Shown here: piece by piece, positions 36,551 to 44,852 of the stretch
Position numbering within the stretch: the first letter of the stretch is position 1
How the letters are laid out: each line of letters starts with the position of its first letter
Virus record (IMG/VR): IMGVR_UViG_2931736537_000001
Span: 77,695 to 141,694 of that record
Source of the DNA: a virus
Lineage: Duplodnaviria; Caudoviricetes
Direction: 5' to 3' (one strand)
Length of the DNA: 64,000 nucleotides
Notes under the pieces: generated by a model
Databases searched by the model: none
What the model was told of the DNA's origin: nothing
The model's input: only the letters and a program-made list of their open reading frames with translations
Position numbers and translations under genes: made by a program

Positions 36551-37732
36551 GTGGACCACGGACCCAACAACCTTGCCTTCTACATCTGCGGCTGCCTGCT
36601 TCTTCTGATCGGCCTGGTGAAGCTTCCTGCGGCCATCAGCCGGCGAAACGACTTACTGCTGCGGGCCGCCGTGCTGCTGCTCGTCGTCGGGTCGACGGTC
36701 TTCTTCTTCGCCGCGCCGGATTCGATCGCCTTGATCAACGACCTGACGGGGATACCCAACCTGGCGGCGCCTCTGGCGTACACGTCGCTCACGGCCTTCT
36801 CAGGTGCCAGTCTCCTGCTCATCATCAACTGGCGGCCGGCGCCGCCAGAGCAGACGCACCGCGCTTCGCTGATCTGCATCGCGGGGTTCACCCTGGTGAT
36901 CCTCGCCATCCACGTCCTGTTCTGGGTGGGTGACGCACCGGTCGAGCAGCTCACGCTGTTCGACGGCTACTACGCGAGCACGCCGTACATCCGGGAGATG
37001 ATCCTGCTTTACCTGGTGGCCCAGGGCACGGCCACCTTGACGACCAGCATCCTGTGCTGGCGCTGGTCCCGCGAGGTCGACGGGTCCCTGCGTGCCGGTC
37101 TGCTGATTCTGGTGCCCGCCTACCTGCTGCACGTCGTGTACGACAGCGTGAAGCTCGTGGCGATCGTGGCTTCGTGGACGGGCCGCCGGTGGGACTTCCT
37201 CATCGACCAGGTCGCTCCTCTCGCCGCGGCGCCGTCGGCGCTGCTCGTGGTGTGCGGCTTCGCGCTGCCTCTGGCCGGTCCCCGCATGACCCAGAACGCG
37301 CAGGCGCTGCGCCAGTTGAAGGACCTCGAGCCGCTGTGGCAGGAGGTGCAGCGGGTCCCGACGCCCGGCGCGGTGCGCACGTCTCTGCCCTGGTGGTCGA
37401 CGCCGGCCGTCCGGCTGACCGCCCGCAAGACCCGCATCTTCGACGCTCTCCTGTCCGTCGCCCCGTACTGCGACCCGGGCCTGCGCGAGCGGAGCTACCG
37501 GGCCGCGGAGCAGGCCGGCCTGGAGGAACCCGCGGCTTCGGTCGCGGCGGAAGCCGCCATGCTCGTCGCCGCCGTGGAGCAGCGGCAGAAGGCCACGAGT
37601 CCCGACGACGCGCCGGACGTGCCCCTGTGGCGGCCCCGCGACCTCGTCCCGCTGTCGAAAGCCCTCACCGGGCCTCTCGTCCAAGAAGTCCGCCGCAACC
37701 ACGGCGTCACCGCAGAAAGCAGTCCGTCATGA
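36551..37732 (+). CDS. MAB_1171c-like membrane protein (putative transporter/sensor)
   Basis: About seven hydrophobic helices, TG.PNLAAP..Y, FD.YYA..PY..EM, L.PLW; in-frame TTA codon at 36653. Confidence 0.75.
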   Translation: MDHGPNNLAFYICGCLLLLIGLVKLPAAISRRNDLLLRAAVLLLVVGSTVFFFAAPDSIALINDLTGIPNLAAPLAYTSLTAFSGASLLLIINWRPAPPEQTHRASLICIAGFTLVILAIHVLFWVGDAPVEQLTLFDGYYASTPYIREMILLYLVAQGTATLTTSILCWRWSREVDGSLRAGLLILVPAYLLHVVYDSVKLVAIVASWTGRRWDFLIDQVAPLAAAPSALLVVCGFALPLAGPRMTQNAQALRQLKDLEPLWQEVQRVPTPGAVRTSLPWWSTPAVRLTARKTRIFDALLSVAPYCDPGLRERSYRAAEQAGLEEPAASVAAEAAMLVAAVEQRQKATSPDDAPDVPLWRPRDLVPLSKALTGPLVQEVRRNHGVTAESSPS

Positions 37733-39144
37733 GCGAGCCATCGCCTCTCATACCTCGTCGCGCCGTCGTGATCGGCGGAAGCATCGCCGGCATGCTCGCT
37801 GCAGCAGCCGTCAAGGACCACTTCGACACCGTCGAGATCGTGGAAGCCCACGCGCTCCCCGTCGGCCCGGAGTCACGCGCCGGGGTGCCCCAGGCCGCAC
37901 ACTTCCACACCCTGCTGTCCGGCGGGGCCGAGGCGATCGACGAGTTGCTTCCCGGCACGGTCGACCAGCTGCTGGCCGCCGGCGCGAACCGGGTGCCCGT
38001 GACCACCGGCATGGTCATGTACTCCCCCGAAGGCTGGTACCGGCGGTGGCAGAACGCCACCCACTACCTGATCACCGCCTCCCGCGACCTGACCGACTCC
38101 GTCATCCGCCAGCAGGTGCTGAAGCACCAGCAGGTGTCCGTGCGCGAGCACACCCGGGTCGTCTCGCTCCTCGGCGACCGGCAGCGCATCACCGGTGTCC
38201 GTCTTCGCTCCGCCGACGGCGCGGAGACGGAGCTGCCCGCCGAGCTGGTCGTCGACGCGTCGGGGCGGGGCACCCGGACGCCCCGGTGGCTTGCCGAGCT
38301 GGGCATCACCGGTCTGGTCGACGAGCGCATCGACTCGGGACTCACGTACGCCAGCCGTATCTACCAGGCACCAGTGCCCACCAAGGACTGGCCGGTCATA
38401 AACCTGCAGGCCAACGCGCGCGCCGGGCTGCTGAAGGCCGGCGGGATCATCCCGATCGAGAACGACCGGTGGCATGTGAGCCTCATCGGGCCGCCCGGGG
38501 CGGAGCCCACTCGCAACACCGACGACTTCCTCCCCTACGCACGCAGCCTGCGGCATCCCGTCGTGGCAGACCTCCTCGAGCACGCCGAGCCGCTCACCGA
38601 GGTCACCGTCACGCACACCACCGCGAACGTCCGCTACCGATACGAGCTGCTCAAGAGCTGGCCCGAGGGCCTGGTAGCGGTGGGAGACTCCGTCGCCGCG
38701 TTCAACCCCGTGTACGGACAGGGGATGGGGGTTGCCGCCCGCGGCGCCCGGGCGCTGCACAAGGCCGTGTCCGTCGGCCTCACGGACGGCCTGGCCCGCC
38801 GGGCGCAATGCGAGGTCGCGGCCGCCGTCGACGCGGCGTGGAGCCTGTCGGTGGGCAGCGACATCCACTTCCCGTCGACCAAGGGCAAGGACCCCACCGC
38901 CGGCGACCGGCTGCTGCAGCGGTACGTCAGCCGGCTCTCGCGGACGGCCACCGGCTCGCACCGGGTGGCCACCGCCCTCACGGACGTGCTCATGCTCCAG
39001 GCGTCCCCGGCGTCCTTGCTGTCGCCCAGCCTCCTGCTGGCGGCTGCTCTCGGCCCGCGGAGGCCGCAGTTGGCTGGCCCGCCGCTCTCCCCCGTGGAAC
39101 GCCTCGTGCTGGACAGGGGTGCGGCGTCGGCCGTGGCCGAGTAG
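37729..39144 (+). CDS. FAD-dependent oxidoreductase/monooxygenase
   Basis: GGSIAG, R.GVPQ..H.H, VVDASGRG, GDS...FNPVYGQGM. Confidence 0.9.
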   Translation: MSEPSPLIPRRAVVIGGSIAGMLAAAAVKDHFDTVEIVEAHALPVGPESRAGVPQAAHFHTLLSGGAEAIDELLPGTVDQLLAAGANRVPVTTGMVMYSPEGWYRRWQNATHYLITASRDLTDSVIRQQVLKHQQVSVREHTRVVSLLGDRQRITGVRLRSADGAETELPAELVVDASGRGTRTPRWLAELGITGLVDERIDSGLTYASRIYQAPVPTKDWPVINLQANARAGLLKAGGIIPIENDRWHVSLIGPPGAEPTRNTDDFLPYARSLRHPVVADLLEHAEPLTEVTVTHTTANVRYRYELLKSWPEGLVAVGDSVAAFNPVYGQGMGVAARGARALHKAVSVGLTDGLARRAQCEVAAAVDAAWSLSVGSDIHFPSTKGKDPTAGDRLLQRYVSRLSRTATGSHRVATALTDVLMLQASPASLLSPSLLLAAALGPRRPQLAGPPLSPVERLVLDRGAASAVAE

Positions 39145-39763
39145 GCGCTGCGGCCGATCATGCTCTGTTCCTGCGGGTAACTCACTGGTTACGCTCGGCG
39201 GACTGCAGCAGCAAATCGGAGGGGGAGGACATGGCCGACGCGAGTGAATCGGGCGAGCAGGCCCGTTCCCCTGCTGGCTCCCGGCGCTCGGCTCCTCGCC
39301 GTGACCGTCTTCAGTGCGCCAGGGGCCCCAAGCTGACGTCGGAGGAACGAAGTGTCCTCGAGCGGTGGCTGGCGGAGATTCTGTGGGGCAGCCGCAGCGC
39401 GTAGCGCAGCCGTCCTGGGGGGTGGGCGTTCGGGCCTGACGGTCTTCTCGGCACGGGGGGTTTAGAGAAGGGATTGGGGTTTCCCCGTCAGGCCCGAACA
39501 GGTCAGATGATCGGTTCGCCGGGTGGCGGCTGCAAAGCTGCCGGGCGGCGTATTGCGCACACACGACAGCGGCCCCGGTCTCAGTCCCGTGAGGGACTTC
39601 CGACCGGGGCCGATGCGCTCCCAATCTCCCGATGCCCGACAAACTCAGCTGCTCCACGGCTGCGTTCGTCGACCGGTTCCGCCGATGCCCGCGGCTTTCC
39701 CGGTGTCACCACCGTACACGAAACCCACTACGTAAGGAAGCGTTCCGATGGTGGCCGGCAGTG

Positions 39764-40474
39764 TTACTCCCAGGGCGCCGGGCCCTGCTGCTGCGCCCAG
39801 GCCAGCAACTGGCGCGAGCCGAACAGCCGCAGCGGCTGGTCGAGGTCGCTGTTCCAGTCCACGGCGCTGCTGGTGAAGCTGCTCGTGGTGACCACGGCGG
39901 CCAGGTCGCAGCGGTGGCTCTCCCGGTAGGTTCCGTTCACCTGGTAGAGGACCTCTGCGGGGACTCGCTTGGTCTCGCCGTACCGCTTGCACTGCACCAG
40001 CAGCCACCGCCCGTCCGGGGTGCGGGCGCGTACGTCGCCGGCCCGATCGTTCGCACCACCGAGGACCTCGACGCGGGTACAGCCGTCCCGCCGGCACAGC
40101 CGGGCGACGGCGTGCTCGAACCCGTCCGGCGACAGCTCCCTCCACTGCTCGATGCCGCCGGGCAGTTGGCCGTGCCCGTCCTGGCGCCAGCGCCGGTACT
40201 GGCCCCGGCCCCAGAGCGCCGCGACGACGACGCCGCCCAGCCCCAGCAAGGCCAGCAGCGCGGCCAGGACGCCCGGGTGCCGGCCGAGGAAGTCCCCGAC
40301 GAACAGGAGCACGACGGCCACGATGCCGAGGGTGAGGGACCGGTTCCCCCGGGATAAGGCCCGGCGCCAGCCGCGGCGGGCGGGCGGCCGTCGCCGGGCG
40401 GCGGGACGGCGCCGGATGGTGCGGCGGCGGGGCTGGCGCCGCTCCGGGCGCGGGCGGCGGGTGGTGCTGGCCAT
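39764..40474 (-). CDS. Membrane-anchored Mrr-like restriction endonuclease
   Basis: Two TM helices, then FE..VA.L...G, GG.ND...DV, VQCKRY, VTTS.FT. Confidence 0.85.
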   Translation of the reverse strand: MASTTRRPRPERRQPRRRTIRRRPAARRRPPARRGWRRALSRGNRSLTLGIVAVVLLFVGDFLGRHPGVLAALLALLGLGGVVVAALWGRGQYRRWRQDGHGQLPGGIEQWRELSPDGFEHAVARLCRRDGCTRVEVLGGANDRAGDVRARTPDGRWLLVQCKRYGETKRVPAEVLYQVNGTYRESHRCDLAAVVTTSSFTSSAVDWNSDLDQPLRLFGSRQLLAWAQQQGPAPWE

Positions 40475-40532
40475 GGGAGTTCTCCTTGCGGGTGAGGGTG
40501 TCTCTGGGGCGAGGGGTCACTCAGGCGACGCA

Positions 40533-40862
40533 TCAGGTGGCCGGCGGTCCTGAAGTGCAGGCGTTGGCGATCACAGGCCCTCGCGGGGTCGCCCGGGACC
40601 AGCGGGTGTAGTCGATCGCGCTGGACACGTAACTCGTGTTCATCATGCTTCCGGCGTCGTCGATGCGGTCTCGCAGCTCTTCCAGGTGCCAGTCCGCCCA
40701 CGCGAGCCGGTCGAGAAGCCATCGCGCGTCGTCGGGCGTGAGCCGATCCGGGTGGGCTTGAAGCTCGGCAAGCCGGGCTCGCTGCTCGGAGACGTAGCCA
40801 TCTGGCGTCACCGCGGCTGCGCCGGCGGTGTGGCGGGTGCTTTCGGGCTCGGGTTCAGTCAT
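40533..40862 (-). CDS. Hypothetical protein
   Basis: RBS GGAGA before MTEPEPE. Confidence 0.5.
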   Translation of the reverse strand: MTEPEPESTRHTAGAAAVTPDGYVSEQRARLAELQAHPDRLTPDDARWLLDRLAWADWHLEELRDRIDDAGSMMNTSYVSSAIDYTRWSRATPRGPVIANACTSGPPAT

Positions 40863-40908
40863 GCGGATTCTCTCCATGCTCGGTGGACGGGGTGTCCGGG
40901 AGGTGGGC

Positions 40909-41502
40909 TCAGTCCTGGCGCCAGGTGCCCTTGATGGAACCTTCGAAGGTGCCGGTGCGCGGGCGGCGGTTGCGGCCGCCGCCGAAGGCGATCCGCGCGA
41001 ACACGCCGACCAGGACGACCACGCCGACGATCTTCAGCACGGTGACGGTGGCGCTCCACACCGCGGCCGCGCCGGCGCTGACGGCGGTGGTGATGTCGTG
41101 TCCGTAGACGGCGCCTACGGTGGTGACGGCGGCGGCACCCGCCACGTACGTGCCGGCCTTCAGGCGACGCCGGTTGTCCGTGAGCCACTGGGGCAGGGTG
41201 CGCCGCTCGGTGGAGACCGCAGACGCCGGGGCGGGCGCGGCCGGCGCGGCCGGGCGGGGCGGGGTCGTGTCCGCGGCCGGGGCGAGCGGGACGACCTCGC
41301 GGATCACCTCCTTGGAACCGTCGGGGGTCGTCCGCTCGGTCTCGCGGATGGTGTAGCCGTCCGGCACGACGAGGGGGGCGATGCCCCGGGCGGCCGCGCC
41401 GGGCGCGGCGAACTGCTCCTGGGCCGTGCTGTCGCCTTCGAGGACGGACAGGAGGGCGCGGGCGGTCTCGCGCTCGGCGTCGGGGAGGCTGAACTGGTCC
41501 AT
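40909..41502 (-). CDS. Membrane protein of the transfer/spread operon
   Basis: MDQFSLPD...; C-terminal hydrophobic helices. Confidence 0.6.
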   Translation of the reverse strand: MDQFSLPDAERETARALLSVLEGDSTAQEQFAAPGAAARGIAPLVVPDGYTIRETERTTPDGSKEVIREVVPLAPAADTTPPRPAAPAAPAPASAVSTERRTLPQWLTDNRRRLKAGTYVAGAAAVTTVGAVYGHDITTAVSAGAAAVWSATVTVLKIVGVVVLVGVFARIAFGGGRNRRPRTGTFEGSIKGTWRQD

Positions 41503-41504
41503 GG

Positions 41505-41678
41505 TCAGGCTTCCTTCTCTGCAGTCGTTATGGGGGTGTCGGTGGTGCGGGGGTGGGCCAGTGCCCGCCGCAGGGGGCTGGTGGCCGGTGTGCTGCCCGG
41601 GTCCAGGACGGCGATCAAGAGGCGTCCGTCCTGGACGACGACGGCGATGTCGTGGGCAGCCGCGGGTGGTTGGGGCAT
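41505..41678 (-). CDS. Small hypothetical protein (57 aa)
   Basis: MPQPPAAAHDIAVVVQDGRLLIAVLD; RBS AGGA; fills the gap; below the ORF-track cut-off. Confidence 0.4.
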   Translation of the reverse strand: MPQPPAAAHDIAVVVQDGRLLIAVLDPGSTPATSPLRRALAHPRTTDTPITTAEKEA

Positions 41679-41714
41679 CGGTTCCTGCTTCGGCGGGGAA
41701 AGAGGGTGGCCGGC

Positions 41715-42026
41715 CTACTGGGGGTTGCTGGAGGGGTCGCCGGGGCGGATGGAGTACGGCTGCGGGGCGGCTCGGTCCGCGTCGGCCTCGAAGGCGTGGT
41801 CGCCGGGGTCGCGCCAGGCGTTGCCGCCGAAGTCGGGGTAGCGCTCGCGCATCTGCCGGTAGTAGGCGCGGCAGTCGAGGGTCCGGTGCCCGGGCACGTG
41901 CCACCCGGAGGCCTCGGCGCACCAGTCGCAGGACGGGCCGGGCCGGAGGCGGAACCAGAGGGCTTCGCCGAGTCCGGCCAGTACGGCGCCGACTGCGACG
42001 CCGGCGATGACGAGGAGGACATCCAT
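41715..42026 (-). CDS. Small membrane-anchored hypothetical protein
   Basis: N-terminal TM, CxxC...H..C. Confidence 0.55.
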   Translation of the reverse strand: MDVLLVIAGVAVGAVLAGLGEALWFRLRPGPSCDWCAEASGWHVPGHRTLDCRAYYRQMRERYPDFGGNAWRDPGDHAFEADADRAAPQPYSIRPGDPSSNPQ

Positions 42027-42038
42027 GGTCGGGGCCTT

Positions 42039-42233
42039 TCAGAAGTTGACGGCCTGCACGGCGTCGGCGACGGCCGTGAGGGCGTTGGTGATGGACGGGG
42101 CGATGCCGGTGGAGGCGAGGAAGAAGCCGAACAGCGTGGCCATGACGGCCGGGAAGGGCTTCAGTGAGCCGCTGCGCACCATGACGATCACGACGATGAG
42201 CAGCAGCAGGGCGGCGGAGACGGAGACAGCCAT
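42039..42233 (-). CDS. Small two-TM mobile-element protein
   Basis: S.S..LLL..V, LFGFFLAST.IAP.I pattern seen in Streptomyces plasmid/AICE transfer regions. Confidence 0.7.
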   Translation of the reverse strand: MAVSVSAALLLLIVVIVMVRSGSLKPFPAVMATLFGFFLASTGIAPSITNALTAVADAVQAVNF

Positions 42234-42237
42234 CGGG

Positions 42238-44778
42238 TCAGTTCTCTTCCTTGATCTGGGCGAGCAGGGCTTCCAGGGCGTCGGGCTTGTACAGCACGTC
42301 CCGGCCCTTGCTGCCGTCGCGCAAGCCGGTGATCTTCCGGGCGGTCATCTGGTCCATGAGCCAGACGGCCTTGGCGAAGCCGACGCGGAGCTTGCGCTGC
42401 AGCATCGATGTGGAGCCGAACTGGGTGGACACGACCAGTTCGACGGCGTGGCAGAACAGCTCGAGGTCGTCGCCGGTGAGCGGCTCGGCGTCGTCGGTGG
42501 CGTCGTCCTGGGTGTCAGGCGGGGCCGGGTGGTCGGGGTCCGCCCAGACGTACGGCGTCTTGGGGCCGCCGGGCTGGACGATGTCCCCCTCGTCTGTGAA
42601 CCACTTGTAGATGGCCTGCCGGCTGGGTGCCTTCTCCTTCGGGTACAGGTCCTCGAGCCGCTCGATGCAGGCGCCGATGGTGATGCCGTCCGGTCCGGCG
42701 TCGCGGACCATCTGCAGCACCTCGTCCTTGCGCGGGTGCTCGCGGTTCTTCTTCTTGTCTTCCTGCTGCGCCTGGTCGGCCACGTGCTGCCGGGCCGCCT
42801 CCTGGGTGATCTGCTCGACGCCTGCCCAGACCTTGTCGAAGGCCGCGCGGACGGTGGCCTCGTCCGGGCCGGGAACGGCCGGGCCGGGGTTGGGCTGGCC
42901 ACCGGCGGGCGGCTGCTGTCCTCCGGCCTGGGGCTGCTGAGGGACGTTGTACTTCTTCAGGTAGTCCTCGGCGGACGGGAGGTCGCCGAGCTGTCCGGGC
43001 AGCGGTGCTCCCGGCTGGCCGGGGCGGCTTCCGCCGGTGCCCGACGTCGGCCGCATGGGCGGGGCCGGCGGGGCGGCCTGCATGGTGCCGGTTCCGCCGC
43101 CGTTCATGCTGGTGGTGGTGTTGCGGCCGACGGAGGCCGGCACGTCGATGCCGTACGCCTCCAGCAGCCAGCCGATGCGCTCGGTGTCGGACCAGCGGTC
43201 CGCGTAGCCCCACTTGGTGGCGATGGCGATCGCCTCGTCGTCCAGGTCGGGGCGGATGTGTGCGCGGCGGACGGCCATCTGCTCGATGGCGTCGCTGTCT
43301 TCGTCGTCGTTGACGTAGGCGAAGCGGCCCTTCTCGGGCGGCTCGGCCTGGTCCATGGCCGGGGTCTTGATGTAGCAGGCGCCGTTGCCGGGCAGGGCCG
43401 CCAGGTTGACCTGGTGGTAGAAGTCCGGGAAGACGTACTGGCCCTCCCCCTTCTTCCTGAACCGGAGGCCGATCGTGGTGTCGTACTGGCTGTCGATCTC
43501 GCCGCCGCCGGTGTTGGGGCCGGTGCCGCGCTGCACGACGTCGACGTAGTCGATGGCCGCCTTACGGCCCTTCTTGATGCCGCGGGTCTTGGGCTTGACG
43601 GCCGACGTCGACCAGGCCATCAGGTCCGAGCCTTCCTCGGTGATGACGATGATCGCGGGCCGCTCGGCCTTGGGGACCAGCTTTCCGCCGCGGGCGGTCT
43701 TCGCGCGCTGGTCCGCGACGTCGTGTGCCGCGTTGTACATGCGCACGGCCTCGTCCTCGGTGGTGGCGATCCAGTCGATGAGCGGTCGCGGGCACAGCAC
43801 GTTGCCCTCGTCGTCCTTCCAGCCCTCCACCCACGGGCGCACCCACCGCTTTGCGGTGTGGCCGCTGGCCATGTCGACCATCCAGATCACCGCGTCGACG
43901 CAGCGGGTGATCAGGGAGATGAGGACGTGCAGGGTGACGGACTTGCCGGAGCCCTTCTGCCCGGCGATGAGCACGGAGTTCTGCCGCATCAGCAGCTCGA
44001 TGGGCAGGCCCGACTCGAGCATGCCGAGCGTCAGCGGCTCGTTGATGGTGATGGGGTGGTCGCTCTCGTCGAGCTCGACCAGCTCGGCGAGGACGTTGCG
44101 GGTGGACACCGACAGGTAGGCGACGTCCGCGGTCTCGCCCGGGCGCAGGGTGAGGGCCCCGGCGCGGACGCCGGCCTTCATCTCCAGGCGCTTCAACAGG
44201 GGCAGCAGGCCGTCGTAGTCGGTCTCGGTGAGCCGCAGCGTGAGCTTGTACCCGTTGTGGGCCTTGTCCTTCTTCTCGACGAAGACGCCGCGGGCGCCGA
44301 CCGAGGCGAACAGGTCCTGCCAGTCGGTGAGCGGCTTGTGGAGCGTCGCCTCCTCCTTCGCCCACTGCTCGGCGATCTCCTCGCTGCGCAGGTACCGGTC
44401 GACGCCGTACATCGGGGCGAGGACGGCCGTGGCCGCGGCGACGGCAGCGGCGGAGACGAGCGTCCAGGGGGTGCCGTGCGCGGTCCAGTTCAGCCAGGCC
44501 GCGGCGGCGCCGGTCCAGATGCTGGTGAAGGCGGTGTGGTACCAGCGGGCCCGCTGGCTGCGGTTCTCGCCGCCGGTGCGGATGTAGCGGGCGGTGGCGG
44601 CGGCGACGACGCCGCCGACGGAGCCGATGCCGAGCATGTCCAGCGGGACGGTGTGGCCCAGGTCCTCGATGGTGCCCAGGCCGAGGCCGGCGGAGTAGAT
44701 GACCGCGGAGGTGTACAGCGGGGTGGCGAACACCCCGTGCACCCAAGGGGTGACCTCGTGGTCCTTCGAGCGGGCCAT
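42238..44778 (-). CDS. traB: TraB-type FtsK/SpoIIIE conjugal DNA translocase
   Basis: N-terminal TMs, Walker A GQKGSGKS, Walker B IIVITEE, wHTH, and a C-terminal FtsK-gamma-like [16 protein letters not shown]. Confidence 0.88.
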   Translation of the reverse strand: MARSKDHEVTPWVHGVFATPLYTSAVIYSAGLGLGTIEDLGHTVPLDMLGIGSVGGVVAAATARYIRTGGENRSQRARWYHTAFTSIWTGAAAAWLNWTAHGTPWTLVSAAAVAAATAVLAPMYGVDRYLRSEEIAEQWAKEEATLHKPLTDWQDLFASVGARGVFVEKKDKAHNGYKLTLRLTETDYDGLLPLLKRLEMKAGVRAGALTLRPGETADVAYLSVSTRNVLAELVELDESDHPITINEPLTLGMLESGLPIELLMRQNSVLIAGQKGSGKSVTLHVLISLITRCVDAVIWMVDMASGHTAKRWVRPWVEGWKDDEGNVLCPRPLIDWIATTEDEAVRMYNAAHDVADQRAKTARGGKLVPKAERPAIIVITEEGSDLMAWSTSAVKPKTRGIKKGRKAAIDYVDVVQRGTGPNTGGGEIDSQYDTTIGLRFRKKGEGQYVFPDFYHQVNLAALPGNGACYIKTPAMDQAEPPEKGRFAYVNDDEDSDAIEQMAVRRAHIRPDLDDEAIAIATKWGYADRWSDTERIGWLLEAYGIDVPASVGRNTTTSMNGGGTGTMQAAPPAPPMRPTSGTGGSRPGQPGAPLPGQLGDLPSAEDYLKKYNVPQQPQAGGQQPPAGGQPNPGPAVPGPDEATVRAAFDKVWAGVEQITQEAARQHVADQAQQEDKKKNREHPRKDEVLQMVRDAGPDGITIGACIERLEDLYPKEKAPSRQAIYKWFTDEGDIVQPGGPKTPYVWADPDHPAPPDTQDDATDDAEPLTGDDLELFCHAVELVVSTQFGSTSMLQRKLRVGFAKAVWLMDQMTARKITGLRDGSKGRDVLYKPDALEALLAQIKEEN

Positions 44779-44852
44779 GGTGTGGGACTCCTTACGTCGT
44801 CTGGTGGGTGGTCACGGGTGGGGCGCCGGGAGCGGGAGCGTTCCGGCGGAGG

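Noticed and set aside
39231-39404. 57-aa ORF with RGPKL..EER.VLERW, reminiscent of an IS630 transposase N-terminus
   Set aside because: Too short, with no DDE domain or terminal repeats; at most a remnant and not supportable by eye.
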